Shown piece after piece: positions 1 through 12,155 of a stretch of DNA of 64,000 bases (position 1 is the first letter of the stretch; every line of letters begins with the position of its first letter). The notes beneath the pieces are model-generated. The model had not been told where the DNA came from. It searched no databases and was given only the letters and a program-made list of their open reading frames with translations. The DNA is from Lingula anatina (taxonomy: Eukaryota; Animalia; Brachiopoda), in the NCBI GenBank assembly GCA_051362555.1, contig CM120647.1:2480001-2544000 (forward strand), read 5' to 3'. The position numbers were made by a program, and so were the translations under genes.

Positions 1-213
1 CAGATGGTACTCCCTGCCCCCTATCGTCAACGTACCTTCCTGGAATTGGATCGTCAAATTATCAAGACTTCATAGTAAATAGAAGAATGGGTTAAATTTG
101 AAATGATTCAGTCGGGAGGTGGACCTTTCCCTGCACAGCGGTTCTTTTTAACAAGCTAAGTTGAATACTTATATTTCATAAACTTATGTTTCAAATGAGT
201 AAAAAAAAAGTAT

Positions 214-248
<35 letters not shown>

Positions 249-3200
249 AAAATGTCCACCCACCACGAGACTGACGTTTTGTTCTCTCATGCGGCGCACA
301 GACAAAGACGCTCCATGTCTCTTGTCCTGGTAGAAATCTAAGTTCTGAAATGGAATTATAATGACATGAATATTTGACAGTTATGATAATGTAAATCATA
401 CCAATCTCAGTGTGGCTTCACAGGCAAATGATCTAGAACAATATAGCGGATCAAGGAGCACTGGTTGCACATGTTTATGAGCACTTAATTATATATATAT
501 ACCTTTCTTTTCACAAAATATATTCAGGAGCAAAACGTGATAATACTAAATATTACAGTGAATTTGTTCTTGTTCCATTTTATCTGCATAACATAATCCT
601 GGTTTCTAGTCTTAAAGGTACATACGAACAGAGCATCGGTGGAGCGTGAATTCCCAGTAACACATGTAAACCACTTCTACTAGTTTCTTATACGACTCTA
701 ATAAATTCGACATGCCAAGGGATAAACTGAATAAATCACCCGATCAGCCATAAAAGAGCTTTTGAGTGCTCCTTTCTTTAAATTTTTGGTTGTCAATTTA
801 ACCTACTTTCGTGACCTACTTTTCTGCCCCTTTGACATACAGCATAGAATGCTAGCAGAAAAATCTGTTCAAACATCACTTTCCGGTAAAATTAAACAAT
901 GCCTTTTGGTAATTCTCTTAGTTATACTACTTGAAACTATATGCTGGCATTTGTTTGGTTTTTATGACAAAAAATTGACTTTGTATGTATCTTTAAATGT
1001 GCATTTTTAAAAGTTAACATGCCAATGGTAGTTAAATAACCACCCTTTCAAATATAGCTATTTTGATCTAAATAAAACGCACATACTGGGGTAACACACA
1101 TGACCTTTCTCTCGGCTGAAATGAAGAGAAGAAACATTTGGTCGTAATGGTTTATGTCAGGCCATCAGCGGAAAAATTCCGAGAATATGAGACGAATTCG
1201 CTGTATTATGTCACGATGTCCCATTAAGCAGGGCGTTCTTAATGCTTTGGCATGAACCTGATTAAAACCTTGGAACATTAAGAGACCGATATACCCCAGT
1301 ACATGCCTTGTTGGATGCCTCCACATTGGTCATGGTGACCATTTCCCTACGGCCACGATGGCCACACCCCTGTTGCCACGGTGACCATTCCCCTGCGGCC
1401 ACGGCCAGCCACCCACTGCAGTCAGCACACAAGGTAAATATGCTCGGCCTGACGTCAGTTTATAAACAAAGGGATATCAGTCACACGACCCGGCCTTCTG
1501 ATATATTTACTAAGGTCTCGGAGATCGATAGGCGACATTTTGTGGTCGGTATACACTGTAGGACTACCAGTTGTAACTAATTCTAGTTTGCTAGATTTAA
1601 AAAACCCTTCGAGTACTGGGGTTTGGGTTTTCCATTCAATTCTGTCATGTCACAAAAATGATTTTGATCTGGCCCATTATCTATTGTTATCAAGTATCCA
1701 CTCGTTGTTATAGTCAAGCCTTGCTCTGAGATCTCTGTTTAAGCAGGGTGTCATGACAGGGTAGACTTAGTCTTATCTAGTCAGATAAAATCCGTAAACT
1801 CATTCTGTCGTATTTAAAAGTTCTTGTATCACAGACCAACTCTACTTGCCTCTATCCTGTCTGTTTTAATTTCGGCAGGGATTCCATTTCGTATAACAAA
1901 CACTGGAACATTGGCATTCACGGTAGACGTCTTCTTTAGACTGAGGCTGACTTCCTTGTCGCTGATTTTGAGAATGTAATGTTCTTTGCTGTCCTCACCC
2001 GTTGCTCTCCTCAGACGTGTCAGGATGTGCTCTCCAGCTGAAACACCAAGATAAATACAATGTACGCAGACGGTGGAAAGGAAAATCATCTTTCTATAAT
2101 AGAATATACTTCTGCTATTTAAGTTTTTGAATTGGTGGAAATTTACATAATAATAATAATATTCAAAATAGTGTAAACTTATTCCACTTACAGTTGTATA
2201 TGTGTCAGATGCGGATGTTGTATTTTAATATAAAGATATTAGGAGCCCCTGTCTCATATCACATTATTTTACCTGCAGATGAAGGTTACTTATATTGTGC
2301 GATATTTGAAAGTGTTAACTTAGTTTAAAGTAAGAGTTCACGTGTTAACTGGTGGTACACTTACAGGGGTGCTGTAACACCAGCTATTAAAGTGTTAACT
2401 TAGTTTAAAGTAGGAGTTCACGTGTTAACTGGTGGTACACTTACAGGGGTGCTGTAACACCAGCTATTAAAGTGTTAACTTAGTTTAAAGTAGGAGTTCA
2501 CGTGTTAACTGGTGGTACACTTACAGGGGTGCTGTAACACCAGCTATTAAAGTGTTAACTTAGTTTAAAGTAGGAGTTCACGTGTTAACTGGTGGTACAC
2601 TTACAGGGGTGCTGTAACACCAGCTATTAAAAAGTGTGGGAAAGTTAGCGTAATGCTGAGGCATAGCCCTGACTTAACAGACATATATCAGCAACAGATA
2701 TAGGTAAATACCCAGAGCTATAGCTATAGCCCTGACTTAACAGACATATATCAGCAACAGATATAGGTAAATACCCAGAGCTATAGCTATAGCCCTGACT
2801 TAACAGACATATATCAGCGACAGATATAGGTAAATACCCAGAGCTATAGCTATAGCCCTGACATAACAGACATATATCAGCGACAGATATAGGTAAATAC
2901 TCAGAGCTATAGCTATAGCCCTGACATAACAGACATATATCAGCAACAGATATAGGTAAATACCCAGAGCTATAGCTATAGCCCTGACTTAACAGACATA
3001 TATCAGCAACAGATATAGGTAAATACCCAGAGCTATAGCTATAGCCCTGACTTAACAGACATATATCAGCGACAGATATAGGTAAATACCCAGAGCTATA
3101 GCTATAGCCCTGACATAACAGACATATATCAGCAACAGATATAGGTAAATACTCAGAGCTATAGCTATAGCCCTGACTTAACAGACATATATCAGCGACA

Positions 3201-5812
3201 GATATAGGTAAATACCCAGAGCTATAGCTATAGCCCTGACTTAACAGACATATATCAGCAACAGATATAGGTAAATACCCAGAGCTATAGCTATAGCCCT
3301 GACTTAACAGACATATATCAGCAACAGATATAGGTAAATACCCAGAGCTATAGCTATAGCCCTGACATAACAGACATATATCAGCAACAGATATAGGTAA
3401 ATACTCAGAGCTATAGCTATAGCCCTGACTTAACAGACATATATCAGCGACAGATATAGGTAAATACCCAGAGCTATAGCTATAGCCCTGACATAACAGA
3501 CATATATCAGCAACAGATATAGGTAAATACCCAGAGCTATAGCTATAGCCCTGACTTAACAGACATATATCAGCAACAGATATAGGTAAATACCCAGAGC
3601 TATAGCTATAGCCCTGACTTAACAGACATATATCAGCAACAGATATAGGTAAATACCCAGAGCTATAGCTATAGCCCTGACATAACAGACATATATCAGC
3701 AACAGATATAGGTAAATACTCAGAGCTATAGCTATAGCCCTGACTTAACAGACATATATCAGCGACAGATATAGGTAAATACCCAGAGCTATAGCTATAG
3801 CCCTGACATAACAGACATATATCAGCAACAGATATAGGTAAATACTCAGAGCAGCGACAGCTACAAACTACCAGTTTCGGGAAGATGAATTAACATAAAT
3901 CAGTTGAATTGAACTATTGGCACTGGTCCCCCCCCCCCCCCCCCCCCAGTGCCAGTGACCCGTACGTCTTCCTCCCTCACCCCGCAAACACCAACACTGA
4001 CGCTTAGACACAGCAGAACCAAATCTTCTGTCTCTGCAAAAAGTCTACTTTATGTTACCTTGTGAAAATGGTGATAAAAAGATGACCCCTAAAATAAATG
4101 CCGGAACAGGTGTACCATGAAAATCTGACTCCTCTAAAAGGTGACTCCCCAGTCAGAATTTCGTAATGAAATTTCGACTCTCTCATGAAATTTTGACTCG
4201 ATCCCCCCAAATAAACTTTGTAAATCTTATTTTATTTGAGTATATGATTTTTATCTTGTTGTATGCATAATAGAGGATACATTGGGTTTTTTTTGCAGGT
4301 GAGAGTTTTTATGAGAAAATAAGAAAATTAATAATGTGTATTCTATCACCCAATAACTCCCCTACGAAAAAGGTATTTAATTGATATTTGGTGATCATTT
4401 CAATATCTTTCCATTTAGTATACTTTATGGAGAATATATTGGAAATATTTGAAAGTTTGATGGTAAAATACTGGCTGCAAAATATGAAAAAAATAATTCA
4501 CGGAAAATCTTAATTTGCATACCCATGGGATGTGGACTCCCATGAAGAAAAGGCCCTATTTTATATTTAGTCACCATAACATTATGTTCCACATAGTCTG
4601 CATTATGATGTATATTTCGTTAGTAGACTGAAAATTTGGTGGTGAAAATGTTGGTGAAAACTGATAAAGTAAGTATTCTTCTTACTACCTGTAGGATTTT
4701 GACTCCCAGCCTTTTCATAGGGGAGTTATTGGGTGGAAAAATACACATTTTCAATTTTCTTATTTTCTCAAGAAAGTTTTCACTTGAAAACTAACAAAGA
4801 GGGCTAATGTATCCTGCATACTACTGGTACAAGATAAATTCATATAATCAAAATGAGAGTTATAAGTCAACAATTCATGGGGGGAGTCAGATTTTTCTTA
4901 TGAAATTTTGACTGGTGGAGTCAGATATTCATGGAAGTCAGATTTTCATGTTACCCGGTAACAAATAACATCGACACTAAGGTCAACAAACACGTTGACA
5001 TGTGCTTAGTCTTGTCTTCAGATTTAAATCTACATTTATTTAGACTCCCCCAAACTTATCAACTTGATGGAGACATAACTAGGTTAAAAAATAAAGTTGT
5101 AAGTTGAAAGCGAACTCCCTTCAAAGCAGACAATTCTTGTTATAAACAGATTAATGTTAGACCCTGTACACGTGGTGATGGTCGATGTTGCTCCCCGGGG
5201 TCTGATACAAGCAAAGTCTGCCCTATCAATAAATCCTGCCTCGGCGGTCTAAGTGATTACCAATATCATCCGCGCGTGTAGTTGTACCCGTTTATAACAC
5301 GATGGAATTGTTCTTGTTTTAACGTTTAAAAGGAGAGTTGCGCATGCTTCATTCTTGTGGACCACTTTTATCTTTGATACATGTATAATAAGAACAGAAT
5401 TTATAAAAAATAAAACTACAACGTTCGTCCTATAAAAAATTCAACCTCTTCGACCAAATTCATTTTTAAACTTTTCCATGCACCTCTTCGATAAATGAGA
5501 CGAAATTATCCGGTCTTTAACTTTTGAGCCTTTTTGATTAATTTTTAACGGTTCTTGATAAATACACAAGCGCTGAAATACTTCTTTAAAGAAATACAGC
5601 TGATGTAATGTCAACTCCAGAAATTAATGATAACGATTAGTTCATCTTGACAGTTCCAACAAAAAAGAAAAATCCTTCCGGTGCTCACCTATATCGACTG
5701 TTTCCGAGAATTGGTCATCATGGCAACGTACATAACAAACTAATAAGTTCAGGGCAATGGCAGCGCAAAGTAACTTTTTACTTTCCGGACTCTTCGAGAC
5801 ATCCGCCATCAT
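1..5812 (-). CDS. Secreted zinc metalloprotease, M12B (ADAM/ADAMTS/reprolysin)-like; signal peptide and prodomain exons, gene continues beyond window start
   Basis: Phase-consistent exons: 5689-5812 (MMADVSKSPESKKLLCAAIALNLLVCYVRCHDDQFSETVDI, donor gtgagc, phase 1); 1850-2037 (AGEHILTRLRRATGEDSKEHYILKISDKEVSLSLKKTSTVNANVPVFVIRNGIPAEIKTDRIE, donor gcaagt, phase 0); 264-344 (NLDFYQDKRHGASLSVRRMREQNVSLV); <1-39 (EGTLTIGGREYHL). The RxRR, LxLxxxxxxNxNVPVFV, FYQD..AS and GxxxxGxxYxL motifs resemble invertebrate M12B prodomains. The catalytic domain is not in the window. Confidence 0.7.
217..244. repeat. (AT)n microsatellite
   Basis: Uninterrupted ATAT run. Confidence 0.9.
2311..2630. repeat. 80-bp tandem repeat, 4 copies
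   Basis: Unit agtgttaacttagtttaaagtaggagttcacgtgttaactggtggtacacttacaggggtgctgtaacaccagctattaa starts at 2311, 2391, 2471 and 2551. Confidence 0.97.
2663..3852. repeat. 63-bp minisatellite, ~19 copies
   Basis: Unit tagccctgac(t/a)taacagacatatatcagc(a/g)acagatataggtaaatac(c/t)cagagctatagcta; period 63. Confidence 0.97.
4107..4958. mobile_element. Foldback/MITE-like non-autonomous DNA element with long (~250 bp) imperfect terminal inverted repeats
   Basis: Left caggtgtaccatgaaaatctgact versus right agtcagattttcatgttacccgg. Inner arms gagaaaataagaaaatt..tgtgta..acccaataactcccct (~4313-4363) and aggggagttattgggt..tacacatt..aattttcttattttctc (~4719-4769) are reverse complements. Confidence 0.8.
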
Positions 5813-7029
5813 GAAGTATGCCGGTAAGGTTAGGTGAACGTTATCCGTCCCTTTGCAGCTGATAAGATTGTTTGAGGACGTCAAAACTAGGGCATAACAG
5901 AAGTCACGTGTAAAGTGGATTGACTCATACTCCGTGCATTTGCCGCCTATAATCCGTTTAATTTGAAATCGATATGTTCAGATAAACTTCGTGGAACTAC
6001 AGCATGACGTACAACTTAAACGTAGATCAAACTTCACCTGCCCACATAGAGGGCGGCTACTTTATAAGCGAGCATCAAACAGTTTAATGTTTATATTTCT
6101 TTTCCCTGTTTTAAAAACGAGTCAATAGTAATTTTTTACTGTTCTAAATCTTTGTTTTGACAGTAAAATGATGGTATATAGTGGATGTTGCTACCAACTT
6201 GAGCCACCACATGCTCAGATACAGCTAGACTTACAAATGAAATGATTGTGTGTGATCATTTATTCAGTTTATAAGCGAAATAAGGCAATGCACTTTTAAA
6301 GGCGTGCATTTAGAGTGTGCTGATGTATGAAAAGTTGTGTGATATTGACATAAACATGTGAAAAATGTACCCTTTCCTAATTTCTGTAAAATGGAATTGG
6401 ATGTTATAAAGTGGCGCAAGTCGCACACAACTATGTACATGTAAATAAATGATGATAATAATTGCGAAATTGTTAACTATTAACTATGCTTCTTTTTTGT
6501 GATTTTGTCTACGTTTTCGTTCAATGTGAAGTCATATAGACTCCCAGCGATTTCTATGCTTAGACGGATTTATTATCAGTTATGTAAATCTGGGGCTTAG
6601 GGATATCTTTATCATTAAAATGGGTTAAATCTTAACCACACCGTATCTATTATTGTCCTCTTGTCACTTGTCAGATAAATGGTAAAAAAATCAGCGTATG
6701 CGTGTCGATAATGATGTCACTTGCAATTAAATTTACCGGTAAAAAGGGACGTAATGCAAATCGTTTTTTTAACGGCATTCGGGTCAAGTGGGTTGATACG
6801 TTAGGATATGTTTCATAGATATTGCAGACATTTACATCGTCATGTTAGAAGGTAATGCTGCCACATAAAAATACATCATGGCGTATTGGTTGATTTTATC
6901 TGATGACGGACGTAACGGCAGTATTTTAGAGGCGAAGACTGTAATATCAATTTGAACAGATCTCTCTCAGCTGAACAGCTTTAAAACCACCGCCTATGTT
7001 ATCAGAACAAATCTAAGAACCACAATCCA

Positions 7030-9760
7030 CAATGATATTATAAGCTTTGATTGGGATACCGTTTTCCAATCTCAAAATAATATACACGAAATGACTAGAA
7101 ATTTTACTGAAAGATTACTCCTTATCTTTAAGAAGCATATTCCGCAAAAAGTAAGAAGTATTAAAAAGAATGATAAACCTTGGTTTTCTGATAGACTAAA
7201 ACATGAAATAAATAAAAAAAATTTATGCTAAAATAAAAACCACTCCTACTCCGGGCAATATACTGTGTTATGATACTCAGTCTGTGCTGGTTAAGGAACT
7301 TATAAGGGATACGAAGGAATCCTACTTTAACAGTTTAATTGAAAGCCTTGATGAAAAACCTGGCAATGGTCGAAAATTATTTTGGCCGACTATTACAAGC
7401 CTTATGGATTCAAAATACATTGCGTCAATTCCAACCCTTTTAAACCATACGACTGGTCAAATTGCGATCACAGATTCAGAAAAGGCCAAAGTTTTTCTAG
7501 ATTATTTTTCAGAAAGGTACCATTCCGATGTAGTGACATCCACAGCATTAGTTAACTTCCCTGATAAAACAAATGCAATTTTGTCAGAAACTGATTTCAA
7601 TGACACTGAGATCAAAGTAATAATCGATGATATGGATGCATCTAAGGCAAGTGGTCCGGACTCGGTGACGATAAAAATGTTAAAACTACGCAAAGACGTT
7701 GTTGTGAAACCATTATGTATTTTATTTAATTATATTATTCAATCTAACACCTACCGTGACCTGTGGAAAATGGCGTTTATTTGCCCGATTTATAAGAAAG
7801 GTGACAGAAGTTGCATAGATAACTATAGACCAGTGTCTCTTTTGAGCGTCTTATCAAATATTTTGGAAAAAAATATTTATAAAAGGATGATTAATCATGT
7901 CCTTAATAATAATTTATTGTTTGAAAAACAATCTGGGTTTCTTAAGGGTCATAGCACTGAACACCAATTACTGGCAATTTAAAATTTGATTAGATCTAAT
8001 TTTAGAAAGGGCCGAGATGTAAGAGGAATATTTCTTGATATTTCAGCCGCTTTTGATAAAGTTCCGCATAGTTTATTACTATACAAGCTGTCAGCCTATG
8101 GTATTAAAGGTAACCTACTGTCACTATTATCCTCTTATTTGAGCGATAGAAAAGTCAAAGTCCGTATTAACGGTACGCTATCTGAATCTTCCAAATAATC
8201 TTATATCAACACCAGTGTTCCACAAGGCAGCATTCTCGGTCCCCTACTCTTTCTCCTATATATAAATGATCTAGCAGACAACCTTTCATCAGATTGTTTT
8301 CTATATGCTGGTGACACGTCTATTTTTCAATCTTCTCTTCCTTCTGACAGCCAGTTGCACGATGCACTTCAATCTGATCTCTCAAAGCTTGAGGAATGGT
8401 CTTCCAGGTGGAAACTGGAGTTTAAACCTGATAAGAGTTGTGTGGTTATATTCTCTACCAAGGTTACAGCAAATAAATATAGAAATCTAATATTACGTGA
8501 TTTAACGATACCCCGGAAATCATTCCACAAACATCCCGGATTCGTACTAGATTCAAAACTGTCTTCTGCCGAGCATATAAGTTATTTAGCTACTAAGGCC
8601 CAAAAGGTCCTGAATCCTCTTAAGTCCCTGTCCCATAGGCTCAGATCTAGGCACTTGAATATACTATACAACGCTTACGTTCTGTCTCTGCTTGATTACT
8701 GCGACATCCTCTATCACTCAGCAACTAAAAGGAATCTTTTTAAACTATCTTCTATTCACTATCAAGCTGGTCTGCTTGTTTTGGGTGCTCTGCCCGGTTC
8801 GAACACAATTAAAGTACTTACAGAGTTGAACTGGGTTTCTCTGGAAAACCGTAGAATAATGCATGCAAAAAAAGGTTGTTCACTATCCATCACAGCTTGG
8901 CTCCTACATATATTCTTAAAGATGTCCTGTCTTTTAAAAATACAATAACCCCGCAAACAAGAGAGTCCTCGTACAGAGATTACATTATCCCAGCTAAGTT
9001 TACATTCCAGGGTCCTGAATACTTACTCGTGTCTTCATGGAATAGTCTCAGTCTCGAACAAAAGTACACCCCAAATATCGCGTTACTTAAGCATTATCTG
9101 AAATCCGAACTCTTTTTTGGTTCGTTATCTACCACCACCCTAAAGTTTAAAAAAAATGAAAAATATCTAAACCGCGCGCGTGTAGATCTATTGTTCAAAT
9201 CCCAATTATATAACCATAACTGGAACTCGGTAAATTCTCCGAACTGCTCTTGTGGGAAACCTGAGACTATACGCCACTTTTTCTTCCAGTGCCCACTGAG
9301 GAAGTTGAAGTATCGTGATTTTCATTTGTCTATTCAGAATGTTCTGGGTGCTAACAATACATACTTTAGAACGCAGTTTGACAAGATTTCTTTGTTTCTA
9401 CACGGTCACAAAACTTTAACGACTGGACAGAACGATAAAATATTCGATATTGTCTCGACGTTCTTGATTGATAATGCTTAATTGCTTTCACAAGTTCACC
9501 CTCCCGACCCTCCTTCTCCTGATCAACTAATATATCACTTCCCGCATATATCGCCCCGTGCCTATGCCCCCTTCCCTGTTGCTCTCCTTTACAACAATGA
9601 GTACTAATTAGTGTTATCACAATTATTATCATTACTTCTATATAATCATAATTAATTCATTTTGTTTCTATGAATTATATTAATGCAGGCGAGCACATAA
9701 TGCTGTGGCGACGTATTTATTATGTATATCTTTATTGTAGAAATAAATCTGTTAAAAAAA
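7030..9760 (+). mobile_element. 5'-truncated, decayed non-LTR retrotransposon (CR1/L2-group LINE ORF2: reverse transcriptase plus C-terminal Cys/His motif)
   Basis: Motifs DKPWF, KASGPD, PIYKKGD, NYRPVSLLS, QSGF, LDISAAFDKVPH and VPQGSILGPLLFLLYINDL. Catalytic YADD is mutated to YAGD (8304-8315); C-terminal CSCGKPETIRHFFFQCP. In-frame stops at 7980 and 8196 plus frameshifts. AATAAA and a short A tail at ~9742-9760. Flanking direct repeat cacaatcca at 7021-7029 and 9761-9769. Confidence 0.93.
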
Positions 9761-10870
9761 CACAATCCAGAGCCAGGGAATTTTCTTGAAAGGCTTATTA
9801 CCAGTGAGAAGGCGAAATAATGACTTTGATCAATCGAACATCATTATTAGAGGCTCATTTATGTATCTTCCAACCGAACAAATATGAAACCAAACACTGG
9901 CACTTGACTGTGGGTCACACCCTTGTCGTCTACCATGCATATTTTCCTTTACTTTTAAAGCATGTCTTCGTTACCTCAGATTCTTACATTTTTGAAAATG
10001 ATCCGTTCAATATTTGCGCCCTTGGTCATATATAAATGCATCTATTAGAGTAGGCGGCCATTTTCCTTTAAATTTGTTTTGCTCTTTTTCAACTTAAGAT
10101 TGATGTTTTCGTTGGGCATCCCTCCTCAATAGGAAGCACAGGGGACGACATGTTGTCTTCACAAAAGAAATGTTGATAGCTGGTGTACACTTCATACAAC
10201 AACAAAATGCGTCTATCTCAGCTTATTGAGACCAGTGGATACCAGTATGTTTGACTCAGCGATTTCGGTGTTATCTTGCTTTGTAGTTGTCTACATCACT
10301 CAGCCTTTGATCGCACTTTGATTAACACCGTAGAATATACTGGCATGTCAGTCCCATATGATTGTGTGTCTCAGTTATTATATTTTTACATTCAATCTGG
10401 ATTCATTGGTCCTAGAATGAAATCATTATTTACATAATGTAGTGTCATGTACCGTAGTGGTGTTTAACCATTCGCGTCTTGTCCAATCGATCAGAAAAAG
10501 AGCAACATCCCGTAGTTTAAAGTTGTGCTTTCATAGTGACTGGTAAGTAATTTACAGCTGGTGGGACGTCATAAAAAGTCTTTGATGATGTGAATGATTA
10601 TTGAGAGGATAGTTTTTAACGTTCGTTTTAAAATACAGGCAAACGATGTATTCCATTGACGAAAGAAACTTTGACTTGGATAAGTTGACTGAATAGCATG
10701 TTGCAATGAGTAACTAGACGTAAGGTTGAGAAAATGCGCTATACGTCAAATTTTCATTTTCAGACGTCATCCTCTGCGATGTAAAGGAAAAACAGATGGC
10801 AATACCACTTGGTATTCTTTATCTTGATATTTAAAAATGAATATTTTGCATAATATCACAATTCCAGGAC

Positions 10871-12155
10871 ATGAGCCTCCTGATTGCGGTAACACTCACT
10901 GCTGTCTGCTATGTCTCCATGGCCAGTAATGTAAAACAAACCCTGGCAGATGGCTGTCACTCTGATGACGACCTTGGTTTGGACTGCTGCGCTGTACGTT
11001 ACATAAATAACCTTTTTATTTTCTTTTATTAACATTATCAATACTGCTTATACGTTAAGTTATTTTTGTTATTGCTGTTGGTTGTCTGTTTGCTTTTTGG
11101 CCTAATTAAGGAAGGGTATTTTACCAACCAACAATGTGTCAAGCTTGGTTTCCTTATGGTCACCAGGTGATGAATATGCTGCCTTTTCTTTCGTTTTAGG
11201 CAACGCTCTGGTGTGACTACAGTGGTCTTATACCTCGTGACCGGGGTGATTGTAGTTGTGCCGAAGGCTGTACAGCCGGCCGCGACACCACCACAGGGAT
11301 ATCTGTAAGTGATTGTGCAGGAACCTTGCTTAGGTAAATATTGCATTACACACACACACACACACACATCAAATACTGTAATCACCCACACATCAGCGCA
11401 CATACATTTTTGGTATCCGGTTGAGTTACTGACAAACTAAAGCACTGACTAAAAGTCGACATACTGTATATGTCGATGCATATGTGCAGAAAGCCGTACT
11501 TTTTAGGTGTGCAACAATACGTCATTTTCCAGTGACAAAGAAAAACGTGATAATCCTGTACCGGGTGATCCTTTGCCAGACACTGCTATACTGGATGCTC
11601 CTTTGCCGGATACTACATTACCGGATGATCCTTTTGCAGATAGTGCCGTGCCGGATAGTAACTCACCAGATGATGACTTCCCAGAAGACTACAATGAAGC
11701 TATTTTAAGACATGTATTTAATGATATTGATACAGACGGGTAAAATTACTTTGTATTACCGAAATACTTGATATTATTGTTTGCTTTATTATATTTGGTT
11801 TCATTTGGGCCGTCATTCGCCAGCATGGAGTCGATTAATTTGGCCAGTAAGAGGGAAATGTCCCTGTGAGCCACGAAAAAATATTGATTCTGATTTAAGA
11901 TTACATTAAGATTAAAAACATACACCTTTATAATGTTGAATATGTTTAGTTTTCCTTTAAATATGTGGCCGTCTTTCAGTTTGTCATTTAAATTCCAGAG
12001 ATAATTACTTATCTGAGGGTGAGTTGATTGAGGCAGAACTGGACTTTGGTCAAGGGATGAGTAACGCAGAGATTCATGATTTGTTGTTTGAAATGGACAA
12101 AGACGGTGATGGTTACCTAGATTTCGACGAATATCTAATAACCCCGCACATTTAA
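10871..12155 (+). CDS. Secreted Cys-rich / acidic / double EF-hand protein (~205 aa, 4 coding exons)
   Basis: Exons: 10871-10993 (MSLLIAVTLTAVCYVSMASNVKQTLADGCHSDDDLGLDCCA|gtacgt); 11200-11304 (ttttag|ATLWCDYSGLIPRDRGDCSCAEGCTAGRDTTTGIS|gtaagt); 11507-11739 (ttttag|VCNNTSFSSDKEKRDNPVPGDPLPD...ILRHVFNDIDTDG|gtaaaa, phase 2); 11999-12155 (ttccag|DNYLSEGELIEAELDFGQGMSNAEIHDLLFEMDKDGDGYLDFDEYLITPHI*). All phases agree. EF loops are DTDGDNYLSEGE (spliced across exons 3/4) and DKDGDGYLDFDE. Confidence 0.88.
11349..11368. repeat. (CA)n microsatellite in intron 2 of the EF-hand gene
   Basis: cacacacacacacacacaca run. Confidence 0.85.

Noticed and set aside
2355-2630. Minus-strand ttacag|cacccct|gtaagt in each 80-bp unit as a repeated micro-exon of the protease gene
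   Set aside because: A 7-nt (or 19-nt) exon breaks the phase 1-1 join that already works between 5689 and 2037; there is no supporting evidence.
2311-3852. CRISPR-like appearance of regularly spaced repeats (also 41040-43747)
   Set aside because: Units are contiguous with no unique spacers, there are no cas genes, and the context is spliced eukaryotic genes.
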